From positions 2,728,001-2,792,000 of the forward strand of contig OZ024753.1 in NCBI GenBank assembly GCA_964016885.1: DNA of 64,000 nucleotides, written 5' to 3'. Below, one piece after another: positions 52,802 through 64,000 of the stretch. The stretch comes from Eledone cirrhosa. Its lineage: Eukaryota. A model generated the notes under the pieces. It was not told the origin of the DNA. It worked only from the letters and a program-made list of their open reading frames with translations, and ran no database searches. Made by a program: the position numbers and the translations under genes. Position 1 is the first letter of the stretch, and every line of letters begins with the position of its first letter.

Positions 52802-54328
52802 TTAATACTAGAAGGGGCCATACCAAAAGATTGGTGCAGTAGCATCATTGTCAACTGCTACAAAGGTAAAGGCGATGCACTAGATAGAGGAAACTATAGA
52901 GGTATAAAGTTGATGGACCAGGTCATGAAAGTAACAGAAAGAGTTATAGCACAGCTGATTAGGGACCGGGTGAAAATAGACGAGATGCAATTTGGGTTTG
53001 TACCAGGAAGAGGCACCACTGATGCCCTCTTCCTTGTGAGGCAATTACAGGAAAAGTACCTAGCTAAAAGTAAGCCACTCTACTTGGCATTTGTCGACCT
53101 TGAGAAAGCCTTTGACAGAGTTCCACGTGCGGTAATCTGGTGGGCTCTTAGAAAACTAGGAGTAGATGAATGGCTTGTGAAAGCGGTACGAGCCATGTAT
53201 AGGGGAGCAGTCAGCAAAGTTAGGATTAGCGATGAGTATAGCGAGGAATTTAGCGTACAGGTTGGGGTCCACCAGGGCTCTGTTCTTAGCCCTCTCCTGT
53301 TCATCATAGTCCTGCAGGCAATAACGGAGGAGTTTAAGACTGGATGCCCATGGGAACTCCTGTATGCTGATGACCTCGCACTCATAGCTGAATCTATGGT
53401 AGAACTAGAGAATAAATTCCAAACCTGGAAGCAGGGACTAGAAAGAAAGGGTCTCAAAGTCAACATGACAAAGACTAAGGTCCTTGTAAGTAGACGAGAA
53501 AACAGAACCCAGATCCCCTCAGGGAAATGGCCTTGCTCAGTATGTAGGAAAGGTGTAGGTAGGAACTCCATTCTCTGCCCCAAATGCAAACAATGGGTAC
53601 ACAAGAGATGTAGCGGGATCTCAGGAAGCTTAATTAAGAATGTAGGATTCACATGCAGCAGCTGTGCTGAAACAGCAAGCAGCAAACAGCCACAGGAAAC
53701 AAGTACCACCAATCTCTGGGAGGGCCCTGTAGAAACAGTAGACAGCTTCTGCTACCTAGGTGACCGAATTAGCAACGGAGATGGGTGTTCAGAAAGTACA
53801 ATAACTAGGGTAAGAACGGGATGGAAGAAGTTTAGGGAACTACTACCAATGCTAGCTGCAAAAGGCTTCTCCCTCAGAAGGAAAGGCAGACTGTATGATG
53901 CGTGTATCCGAACAGCGATGTTGCATGGTAGTGAGACCTGGGTGCTGAAGGTGGAAGACTTACGTAGATTAGAGAGAAACGAAGCCTGCATGCTCCAATG
54001 GATGTGTAACAGTAATATACGTGAACGACAAAGCATAAATGAATTGAGAGAGAGACTGAGCATAAGAGGAATCAAATGCTGTGTGCAGGAGAGGCGGTTG
54101 CGCTGGTATGGACATGTGATGCGTATGAAGGATGACAGCTGCATAAAAAGGTGCAGAGCACTAGAAGTTGATGGAAACCGCGGAGTGGGGAGACCCAAGA
54201 TGACTTGGGATGAGGTGATAAAAGCCGACCTTACCCAACTACACCTCTTAAAGACAATGACACACGACCGTGACTTCTGGCGTCACGCAGTAATACAGAG
54301 TACCCGACCTCCCATGGGTACATGCTGA
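52802..54328 (+). CDS. RTE reverse transcriptase (partial ORF, YADD at 53363-53374) with internal C4HC3 PHD-like finger
   Basis: ORF track 52763..54328; its first ~13 codons come from flanking TA-rich sequence, and RT similarity starts at about ILEGAIPKDW. Confidence 0.9.
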   Translation, partial: LILEGAIPKDWCSSIIVNCYKGKGDALDRGNYRGIKLMDQVMKVTERVIAQLIRDRVKIDEMQFGFVPGRGTTDALFLVRQLQEKYLAKSKPLYLAFVDLEKAFDRVPRAVIWWALRKLGVDEWLVKAVRAMYRGAVSKVRISDEYSEEFSVQVGVHQGSVLSPLLFIIVLQAITEEFKTGCPWELLYADDLALIAESMVELENKFQTWKQGLERKGLKVNMTKTKVLVSRRENRTQIPSGKWPCSVCRKGVGRNSILCPKCKQWVHKRCSGISGSLIKNVGFTCSSCAETASSKQPQETSTTNLWEGPVETVDSFCYLGDRISNGDGCSESTITRVRTGWKKFRELLPMLAAKGFSLRRKGRLYDACIRTAMLHGSETWVLKVEDLRRLERNEACMLQWMCNSNIRERQSINELRERLSIRGIKCCVQERRLRWYGHVMRMKDDSCIKRCRALEVDGNRGVGRPKMTWDEVIKADLTQLHLLKTMTHDRDFWRHAVIQSTRPPMGTC

Positions 54329-54630
54329 AGCATATAAACAATATGCCCCCACACCCCCCACCGCAAGGTGGTCGTGGAGGTGCCACGGCAAAAAAGCACC
54401 CAGCCCACACTGTAAAGTGGACGTGTAGGCACCACAAAAAAGCACCCAGCACTCACTGTAAATGAGGTTGGTGTTAGGAAGGGCATCCAGCTGTAGAAAT
54501 CAAGCCAGATCAGTTCCTGTATGAGCAAGGCATGGTCAGCCGACCAGACACTGCACACAACAGGACAACCCGTCTAACCCATGCTAGCGTGGAAGAACGG
54601 ACGTAAAACGGTGATGATGATGATGATGAT
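52802..54630 (+). mobile_element. RTE-clade non-LTR retrotransposon, 5'-truncated (RT ORF, 3' UTR, (GAT)n tail)
   Basis: Uninterrupted frame with RTE RT motifs NYRGIKL, QFGFVPGRGTTDA, FVDLEKAFD, GVHQGSVLSPLLF, YADD and RRLRWYGHV...GRP. 3' UTR ends GGACGTAAAACG followed by (GAT)n. Endonuclease domain absent and no clear TSD seen. Confidence 0.95.
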
Positions 54631-54852
54631 TGTCATTTTACACCCCCTTTTGATTCTGGCTTAAGTTAGATGGATTGAAATACTTTTTCAGAGTTACAAC
54701 ACTCCTAAACATGTCTTGCTTGTATGTTCCATTTGAGTCAAAGACATCATTTCTATTCTAGCAAACAGTTTACAGAGTGTATTAGGTGCATTTCATTTTG
54801 GCACTAGAAATTTGCACAGTAAATGGATTTCTTTAATATATATGTATATTGT

Positions 54853-54898
<46 letters not shown>

Positions 54899-54937
54899 TA
54901 AAATAACAGATTAAAGATTAAGCAAAGAATCGCTGCT

Positions 54938-54982
<45 letters not shown>

Positions 54983-55484
54983 TTACAAAAGAATGTTTTT
55001 CAAATCAATACTATCAGGACAATAACTACTAACAAATTACATTCACCAACAAATACCTCTGTAAGTTTTACTATTTAAAAAGGTACTTTAAGACATGATA
55101 TATTATTGAAGTGAATGAAACTATAATCATTGCAATCACCTGGAAAGATATTTTAAATAGAATGATGTCAGAAAATATTCAACCTACTAACAGATAACTT
55201 TGGAAATATTACATTTGACACAATATTCAAATAATCTCTCATCTAATGGTTTTAGAAATCAATCCAAAGCATATTTGGAAATGGTGAACTCTATTAAAAG
55301 AAAGGAAAACTTGAAAGAAAACATCGTGTTCAATTTATAAAGAAACAGAGCTGATTTTAAAAATGCCAAGTCTATGTATGTTTCAGTAATGTCATAGAAT
55401 AAATTATCAGAAAGAAAAAGATTATATTTTCCTGGCCAGATAGACTAATAATAGACCAATAAGGCTGTTGAACTTATGATCATA

Positions 55485-55700
55485 ATGTCATGGGTTGTGT
55501 GTTGTGTTCAAGAGCTATACACTTCATTTCACATTGCTTCAGTATACTCAGCTCAAAATGAGTACCAGCGACAGCTGGGTATTAAACCTGTGATGGGCAG
55601 GTGTCCTGTCCAGGAGGAAGTTTTGTACTCTCACTCAATGCCACAGAAACTGGAATAAGTACCAGCCTGATGAGCCTCATGGCTCGAGACAGAGTTTAGA
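55485..55700 (+). mobile_element. Ancient conserved-core SINE remnant (V/Meta-domain-like)
   Basis: AAATGAGTACCAGC...AACCTGTGATGG..GTCCTGTCCAGGAGG...ATGCCACAGAAACTGG...GCCTGATGAGCC..GGCTCG. Superfamily uncertain. Confidence 0.5.
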
Positions 55701-57931
55701 CTTTTAAAAATCATCTTTATGATGGACACACCATAGAGATAATTCTTCATCTCTTCTAGACAGAGCATAGATTCAATTGACTGGAGATTACTTTAATTTG
55801 ACCAGCTTAGCTTGTTTTGTTTGTTGCATTGCAAAGAGTACAAGACAAATCGTATCCTAGATATGATGATGGCTTACTTACAGTTTTAATATTTTCTGAT
55901 GAGTTTGCTACTTTCTAGTTCACATTTAATGCAAGGCATATTATATAAATCCATGTGTGTTAGTTCAGAAATATATTACTGCAACTTCTGAATCAATATA
56001 TGCCTACAGATAATCAATAGTACAGTAACACTACAGTAACAGATAACACATCATTACTGTATCTGATATTTCATTAAACAGAACATACTGGTTTCAGTTT
56101 ATAATGAGGTTGCGTTGTTTTATTGGATATCAATCATTACTCAATTGACCACAGATAAATACCTCATTTGACCAAGGAATTTAACTGATCTTCATCAAAA
56201 TAATAACATTAAATATTTTAACGATATAATCTTAAAATTTTATCCAACGAACATTTCAATTATTTTCATTTTCAGGAAAAATAAATGCGCATAATTGTTT
56301 TATGAACTTTAAATATAATCTAGCATTGCAATATAAAGCAAAGTCCTGATGAACCAAGGTTTCGAGTTTCAATTAAGGTTGTGATAATTTCACATCACCT
56401 ATGTGCTAAACCTTTTAAAAAAATGAATAATCAGTTTTATTTTTTTAAAACCCAGCTTATAAAAGTCAAGTTTGTTATTCTAATCATTTCATCAATATTC
56501 TCCTTTCTATGTTATACACTCTGCATTGAAGCATCTTGGTTGTGCTTAGTTTTCACTGAATTTCTTGAATTATTGTCATCAGCAAAATCAAACTGCATTA
56601 CATTCTTTTGTAAAACAAAATGCCAAATGCCTTTTGGGTAAGATGGGAATGAAGAGGTAAAGAATGCATAAAGGTAAAACATGAGGCAACATATTTGCAT
56701 ATCATAACAAGAGAAAGCATGCCATCAGATCAGAGCACTGAAAATGTAATGTCTGAACATCAGATGCACAGAAAAAGTTTTAAAAAAAATATTCAAAAAC
56801 AGAAAATTTTGAAGTGTATTAGTGTCAAACAAAATAATCACACAATTCACATCTGTATACTATTTTTATATCTGAAATATATTTGGTCTTTACTTCAAAA
56901 GATAATCAAATTATTTGACCATCACTTTTTAAAATGAAAGTGTAGATTTTGTTAAATAATATTCAAAATAAATCACAATTTCTCATTTCACATATCTTTA
57001 AAAACCCTTTGTTCTTTTTTCTCTCCTCTAAATATATTCTTAGTTAAATAAAGGAAGGAAAAGAAGTGTTTTGAAAATAAACTCCCTTGTGAGCAAACAT
57101 TTACCGGTGACATTTGGAATAATATATAATAAATTTTCTATAAAAAAATATTGTCAGAAACTGTGAATCAAATATTATTTCTAAGGACTTGCTGTTTTAA
57201 TTTCTTTCTTTATTCAATATTTGCCATCGTTAAACAGGCAGTAAGAGAAATATTGGCATATTTGTTTCTGCTGTGAAACTAATCATAAATTCAAAGCACG
57301 TTTCAAATTATTCAAAATATTGGAATCCCACTTAAACATGAAGGAAACAAAATGAATAAATATTTTAAGATACTTTTTCACCTCATTTTCATTTTTCATT
57401 GTGCAAAAGCCATATTAAGAAGGAATAGATTTTCAACAGAAATTTGCATGAATATATAAATTAGTAAACTGAATGACTCTTGTTTTGGCATATTCAAGCC
57501 AAAATATAAACAGAATAGCAGAAAACAGAGTCTCAAAATACAAATGGATTCATATAAAAATATAATAGCAAACAGTATGTTGAGCCTCATATTTCAGAGA
57601 TTATCTCATTGAGGCTGGTTTTATTTTCTTATTCTTTTCATGGTTAGTAGTCATTGGAATTGAGCTTTACTAGATGTAAGGTGGGGTGGCGAATAGCTAG
57701 ACTTTGATCTATAGCACAATCAATGAGTAAAGCATTAATATGGAGCCAAATCTTAATTTCTATTTCTACACTAGTAAAACTATGGCATCAACATCCATCA
57801 GCTCTAAGTTGTCAAATAAAACTGAATTAAATTTTTTCAATGTTTTTTTTTTATTATTTTACTTTTTTCCCTTTTTTTTGACAAACATTTTGACAAAAAC
57901 AAACAAATATTAAGGAAATTTCATTACTCAC

Positions 57932-58231
57932 CATAAGTATTAAGCACATGAACTTTGAACTCTGTAGCTTTCAAGTCAGATGTTCTGCACACGTATATCC
58001 CTGCATCATCTAGGAGACTCCGTTGAATTATAAGTTTACTTATCAAAGACCGTGCAACCGTGTGAATATGTGTTTTGATCTGTATCCTGTCATGACTGAT
58101 CTCTGAAGTAATAATTTCTCCATCTTTAAACCATGTGATTTCCTTTGGTGGACGACCTCCACTTGTGGCATTACATATAATTTCAATAGATTCGGTGTTC
58201 TCCACATAGCCAGTCCCACTGATGTGAACAG
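57932..58231 (-). CDS. Internal coding exon, immunoglobulin domain of a zig-8/Dpr-like cell-surface protein (exon A)
   Basis: Acceptor TTCTTTTTCTTTTTGGCAG|CT, donor TATG|GTGAGT, 300 nt, phase 1-1. Translation xVHISGTGYVENTESIEIICNATSGGRPPKEITWFKDG...LISKLIIQRSLLDDAGIYVCRTSDLKATEFKVHVLNTY has the Ig hallmarks (B-strand C, WFKDG, D-x-G-x-Y-x-C). Family call is from recognition of the motif pattern, not a search. Confidence 0.9.
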
Positions 58232-58369
58232 CTGCCAAAAAGAAAAAGAACGATATGCTAGATATATATATATATATTTTAATCTGTCCACATGCATACA
58301 ATGTATTACTCTTCAAGTATGTGTGTGTGTGTGTGAGTTTGTGCGTATGTACATGTGAGTGTGTGTTCA

Positions 58370-58540
58370 TATCATCAACTCCACTACCATTTAATGCATA
58401 TTTGCCAGGTTTGAATGGGTTAGATGGGTTGTCACATTCTGAGCATAAACCAACCAAGTAGCCATGACTGGCTCATACATTAGCATGATTGCTATAGCTG
58501 GATGCTTTTCCTAATACCAATCATTTTACAATGTGTCCTG
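58370..58540 (-). mobile_element. Degenerate RTE-type 3' end
   Basis: ATAGCTGGATGCTTTTCCTAATACCAATCATTTTACA, a decayed copy of the shared RTE UTR motif. Confidence 0.6.
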
Positions 58541-58656
58541 GAAGCAGTTTTTCAATCTACCAACAATGTAGATAGTAAATTAAAGTAATGACCCCCTAAG
58601 AATTGTGAATTTTTTGTGAGCTGGGGCTTAGCTCTAGATTTATGCATGATTTTTAA

Positions 58657-58864
58657 GCTTTTAGCATTAAAACCAGTCGCATCTGGCCAGAATTCTCTCA
58701 CTTCTTTTTGTTCAAAATAGCTGTAACCAGCTTCTCATACTTATGTTAAGGTATTTTTCACAAAATAAATAACATCAAAATCTCATAGATTTGATAATAT
58801 GTGAGGTAAAGCCTTTCTCATGAAAATATAATAGTATATATAGAGTAATGTAAATGCTAAAGAG
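58657..58864 (-). mobile_element. piggyBac-like MITE family 1, third copy (inverted)
   Basis: Reverse complement homologous to the other two copies, with TTAA on both sides. Confidence 0.8.
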
Positions 58865-58929
58865 TTAAATATGAAATAAATCTACTTATGTATTCATTCA
58901 CACATTTTTATATCTTGACTTCATATAAA

Positions 58930-59692
58930 TCTGATGTTGACTTTGCCTTTCATTCTTCAATGGTCAATAAAATATGAGTCAAGTGCTTATGCAATTTGAA
59001 GTTATTCTGCCCTCCAACAAAATGTGTGGCTTTGAACCCTTGCCAGAAATCATAGGGCGGTGGAGTGGCAGTATCGATAGAGGGTCGAACGCCATGCTTT
59101 GCAGCAAAGAGTTACTGCCCTTTATGGTCTGAGTTCAAATCCCGCCAAGGTTATCTCTGCCTTTCATCCTTACAGGGTTGATAAAATAAAGTACCAGTAA
59201 TGCACTGGGTAATTGCTGGCCTTGTGCCAAAAAGTAGAAACAATTATTATTATAAGTGATGCAAGGGCAGTGGTTTGACAAAGTCAGTAGAACATTGCTT
59301 CGCTGCATAGAGTTATGGCCCTTTACATTCTGAGTTGAAATCCCACCGAGGTTAGTTTTGCCTTTCATCCTTACAGGGTCAAAAAATAAAGTACTAGTAA
59401 TGTACTATGGTCAATTTAACTGGCATCCCTTTCCCCCAAGTTGTTGGCTTTGTGCCTATATCAGAACCCATTATTACTGAAAAAAGGATGGTGAATTGGC
59501 TAAATTGGTAGAGCATCGGCCAACATGCTGACAGCATAGAGTTATGGGCCATTATATTATGAGTTAAAATTCTGCTAAGGTTAGTTTTACATTTCATCCC
59601 TATAAGGCTTATAAAATAAAGTATCAGTAATGAACAGGGGTTCCCCTCCCATAAAATTATTGGTCTTGTGCCAAAAGTAGAAACCATTATTA
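58930..59692 (+). mobile_element. Array of four head-to-tail SINEs (58930-59052 partial, 59055-59253, 59264-59476, 59487-59692)
   Basis: Repeated head/core/tail modules of differing divergence. Confidence 0.88.
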
Positions 59693-60249
59693 CTGGAATA
59701 AATGTTACTGAAATCAAAGTATTGTAGGGTTAAAAATATCATTACTTTAACTACTTGACTACCACACCACTAATAAAATTAAAGACTTGCCAACAGATTT
59801 TGCATCAAGCTACTTGGACTAACTACTTCATATTTAATTTGGGCTATCAATTCTTTCGAAGTATCACCAAAGAAAATCTAAATTCTAGTTATGCCAAAAT
59901 AACCAAAAGTTATTGTTTGCTGCCTTGGAGTAACATGAATGTGTCACTGACAAGTAATTCTAAATATTTTGGAAAGTATTCAGGATTTATTTCTCATCAT
60001 CATCTTAAAAACTTTACTGCTGTGACAAGCTGTACTTGTAAAGATTCTAAGAGATTTTATGGCCTTAATGTAGACTGAAGTAGGGCAACATTTAAAGATT
60101 ATAGAAGCCATTTTCATCAGCCAAATAACACCAGAGGTAAATAATAGGTCAGAAATGTATAAGGCAGAATGGTTACTATAGCGACCCATGCATATAAATG
60201 CATTTTGCAAACACATAGATAAGTTAGGGAAGAAAACTCTAATCACTCA

Positions 60250-60950
60250 TTTGTTTCGTTTTGGACTGTTTCAGCTTTGCAACTAAAAAGAGGGAATTAG
60301 CTCCATTGTAGTAACTTTACAGAGACACCAATGTTGGATAGTTTTTTCAATAGAATATTGTGATCAACCCTGTCAAAGGCCTTGCTGAAATCAAGGTTGA
60401 TGACCAATTTTGAAGCCTTCTCCCAAAGCTCTTAAAATATCATCAAAGTGATGTAGGAGCTGTGTTAGTCAATTCCTTCCATTATAGAACCCATGCTGGT
60501 TGGAGTTTAGCAGATTGTTGCTTTCAAGAAAGTGAATTATTCATCATTTCACCACCCTCTCAAATACATTAATGAAATGAAAGATGAGTAAGATCAGACA
60601 GTAATTCACTGCAAGGAGTTGTTTCTCTTTTTGAAAACTGGGACAAGAGACTTGGACAGAAAGTTTTCAGGTATATAGCCAGCATCCAGTGAGTTACTCT
60701 ACAGATTAGCTAGAGGAGATGCAAGTTGGTGTTGACACACCTTCAGGACACTAGCACGGAACCTACCAGGGCCTACTGCTGAGTTGTGTTTAATTTCGTT
60801 TATTGCCACTAAGACATCAGTGGCACCAAACATTATGTACAATATAATGTGTTAGAGATAAACATCACTGATATAGCCCAGATCAGTCATATAAGGATTG
60901 CTGAAAACAGAACAGTACTGTTTTTGCAGTATCTCACCCATGATTTTAGC
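60250..60950 (-). mobile_element. Decayed CR1/Jockey-type LINE RT fragment
   Basis: Minus-strand translation shows VPVFKK, NSNQHGF, LTQLLHHFDDIL and LDFSKAFDRVDH, interrupted by stops and frameshifts. Confidence 0.8.
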
Positions 60951-61769
60951 AAATAGCATATATTTGTAAATGTGATCAGAGTAAGTTTCAAATTAAATAA
61001 ATATGAAGACAGTTAACAGAAGTTCAAAAACCAAATGTGAAAACAAAAAAATAGTTGTAAATAAACACTATGTCACATTCAATTTGAACATGTTTTATCT
61101 AGAGGTCAAATGCTGAAAGAAAAATTAAGATAAATCAATGTTAGAAGAATGTCAAAGAGATTTACCCATGTATTAAAATTAAGCAAACAAAAGAGAACCA
61201 AAATCTCAGTAAATTATGACTAAGATGAATTAAAAAAACATTAAAAAGTTATAACTCCATTTAATGTTATATAACTATAGTTTCTCAACGTTGCTAAATG
61301 TTAAGGAAAATGAAGAGGAAAAATGAAAATCAAAGAAAATTTACATATAACACTAATTTTTATCATGTTTTAATTAGAGGAATACTATGAAAGAAGAAGA
61401 CATAAAAAGACGATGATATTAAAGAAAATTAAATTAAGTAATGTGAAACACTGTCTACATTTGTAAGAGAAACCCATTGATCTTACAAAAACAAATACAG
61501 TTGATTTTCAATATACTAAAAATATAAAAAGAACTATAATTTAGCCATGTAACATATGATATAAGTTTTGCAGCATAATTCAGATATTATGGATGCAGCA
61601 TGTCTTAATGATTAAAAATTATATTTTCAAACATTAAGTCGTTGGTTCGATCCCACTTTATGGCATCTTGGGAGCTTCAACTTTACTGATGCATTGTCAG
61701 TGAAATTAGGTAGATGAAAACTGATTGGTAGCCTGTCAGATGAACTGTACCTCTACTTTAAAGAGCCAG

Positions 61770-61870
61770 AACATAAAGGGCCATAACTCTATACCGTGAA
61801 GCAGGGTGTCTGACACTCTACTGATACTACCAATCCACTGTCCTACTGATACTGCCAATCCATCACCCTG
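61770..61870 (-). mobile_element. SINE 5' head fragment with a local duplication
   Basis: CTACTGATACT(A/G)CCAATCCA occurs twice, the reverse complement of the SINE A-box region. Confidence 0.7.
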
Positions 61871-62529
61871 ATGTTTAATAATGTTAATTATGTTGATGAT
61901 CACCATAATGGTGATGATAAAAAAATTTAATTGATAATGATGATCATACTATCATAATCTTTAAAGACTATGTTTCACAAGGAAAACAATATCTGAGCAC
62001 ATGATTCAGTAATGTTAGCTGCTGCTGTTGCTGATGATGATGATGATGTCGATGATGATGAGGAGGATGGGGAGGTTACTGAATAACTTTGAATAATTGA
62101 TAATTCTTAAGTGCAGCATTGTCAGCATATATCAGTGGTAGACATAATAATAAATAAATAAAACACTTTCTCAAATAAGTTATATTTTCTTTTGTTTAAT
62201 GTAAAGTAAAACATAAACAATACTACATTTATATTTATGAAAGAAAATTAGTAAAAATGTTCACGAAACTATAACAATTAATATGGAACAATGGTTATTG
62301 ACTGAAGTATAAACATTTTTCTTCTCTCTACAAAATGCAATTAATTATACGTAGATTAAGCAAATATAACAACAATTAGATCAATTGTTAAAGCTCATGT
62401 TATAATCTCTTGGAAATGAAGATGTTACAATCCTTCTATCAGAATTTTATTAATGATTAGTTTGCCAAGCCAAGCTTTGTAATGAGAAGAAGGGAGGTAG
62501 GCGTAAAAGCCAAACTTGCTGTCTTCAAT

Positions 62530-62975
62530 TCGGTTTTCGTGCCAACCCTTAACTATCTTGGGTAATGACCAAAAGAATATGATTATGAGTACAAGTGGCT
62601 GAAATGGGATTCCTCTGGAGGGTCTTTGTAGTAACATTACTTGATAAAGTGCATAAAGAGATGAGAGAGTTGCTCCAGGTAGAGCCGTTACTTCTCCAAA
62701 TTGAGAGATCACAACTCCAATATTATGGGCAAGTGGTTAGAATGTTTCAAGAGAGAATTGCTGGACAGGTTTTACGAGCAAAACCAACAGGGGGTAGACC
62801 CCGAGCAAGATGGTGGGATAACATCCATGAGCTTAGCTGGTCACACTTGGGGATCCAGCTGGATCAGTTGGAGATAATTGTTTCTGACAGGACCTGATGG
62901 ATGGAGTGTGTGAGGACTCTGCCCCAATGACCCTCTCAGAAATAAGTGGGTGAAGAAAATGAAGAAGAAGATTAA
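62530..62975 (+). mobile_element. Second RTE family, decayed 3' part of ORF; related remnant at ~24760-24875
   Basis: WVMTKR..VQVAEMGFLWRV...VEPLLLQIERSQLQYYGQVVRM...GRPRARW, an Expander/Rex3-like RTE C-terminus with internal stops. Confidence 0.8.
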
Positions 62976-63720
62976 TATGCCAGCATATTAATCAGTACTG
63001 ACTTGGTCTATGTAGACCTGTCAAACCCTTACTAGCAGAAAAAGCACACATCAAAACGGTGATGATGAATGATGATGATTACCCAAAACTTCAAGCGCTA
63101 ACATATAATTCCATCTAAAATGGTTGCATGATTAATACATACACACTATAGAGCTTGAGCTAGAAAAAGAAAGATTTTAACCAGTATATAATCATTCAGG
63201 TAAGTAGATTATCCAAAGATCTAAAATCATAGAATTTGTGGAGAGAACATAGCTGAAACTCTGTGTATTCTATGACAGAAGTTTTGACAATCTCTTAAAA
63301 GAACATAAATCTTTCACTATATAAACTGATATTCCTTATTTTCCAGGGAGATTAAACATTCTATCTTCAAATAGATGCTAGCTCTTAAGAAATTCCTAAT
63401 ATATATCCTGCTTAAGGATAGAATACCATACATTATATGTTCATACCACTGAGACACTCACAAATACATTCACTTTATCTCTCTCTTTAGACCAACATAC
63501 AACAAAAATGCCATCTACTTGGAAGGTAAAACTTCACACTTATAACTGAGGCGAATGTCAAATTGTGTTCCCTATTTGTCCGTTCTACCATTATAACCAT
63601 GGTATCTAGTATTTTATCACAATGCCAACTCCACCTAAATCTAATTAATGCATCTACCAATCTCTCCATCTTTCACCACTAACAACGTATTGTATACCTC
63701 CATACTAAATACTATGAAAC

Positions 63721-63895
63721 AAATGTGGTTGGTGTTAGGAAGGGCCTCCAGCTGTGAAAACCCTGGCCAAATTTACTGCCCCATTAGAGCAAGGTACAGT
63801 GTGGCCAATCCTAGCTGGACTTGTCTCCCAGTGCAGACGACCGGTCTGATCCATGAAAGCATGGAGAAATGGACGTTAAATGGTGATGATGATGA
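63721..63895 (+). mobile_element. RTE-type 3' end
   Basis: GGTGTTAGGAAGGGCCTCCAGCTGTG ... AGCATGGAGAAATGGACGTTAAATGGTGATGATGATG. Confidence 0.8.
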
Positions 63896-64000
63896 ATGTC
63901 TAATCCTTCCACTCAAAAATGCCTGCTCTCTTTTATTTCTTGTTAATATAACAGATAAATTGTAGCAATTCAAAAATCAAACATTAACTGCATTTATCAC

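Noticed and set aside
53080-54198. Antisense ORFs of 210 and 148 aa
   Set aside because: Shadow frames of the RTE RT gene.

Overview
Eukaryotic, very AT-rich, repeat-dense genomic DNA. The repeat complement (tRNA-derived SINEs with a Nin/Deu-type core, RTE LINEs with (GAT)n tails, Penelope-like remnants, abundant (TA)n) suggests an octopus or other cephalopod; this is inference from repeat families, not a database hit. The only convincing host coding sequence is two minus-strand, phase-1/phase-1 immunoglobulin-domain exons about 54 kb apart (57932-58231 and 3653-3943). Both resemble the second Ig domain of zig-8/Dpr-like cell-surface proteins and both end in an identical TTATG|GTGAGTA donor; weak candidate terminal exons lie between them. 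The rest is intron or intergenic. It contains a 5'-truncated RTE LINE with an uninterrupted RT ORF that carries an embedded PHD-type finger, and many short RTE 3' ends. It also has about 20 SINE copies, piggyBac-like and Tc1-like MITEs, an irritans-type mariner remnant, and CR1, Vingi-like and Penelope remnants. A 4.4 kb TTTACCAG(TA)n satellite is seeded at an RTE junction, and there are several fold-back palindromes, some with decayed hammerhead-like cores. Most ORFs in the supplied track are microsatellite artefacts.
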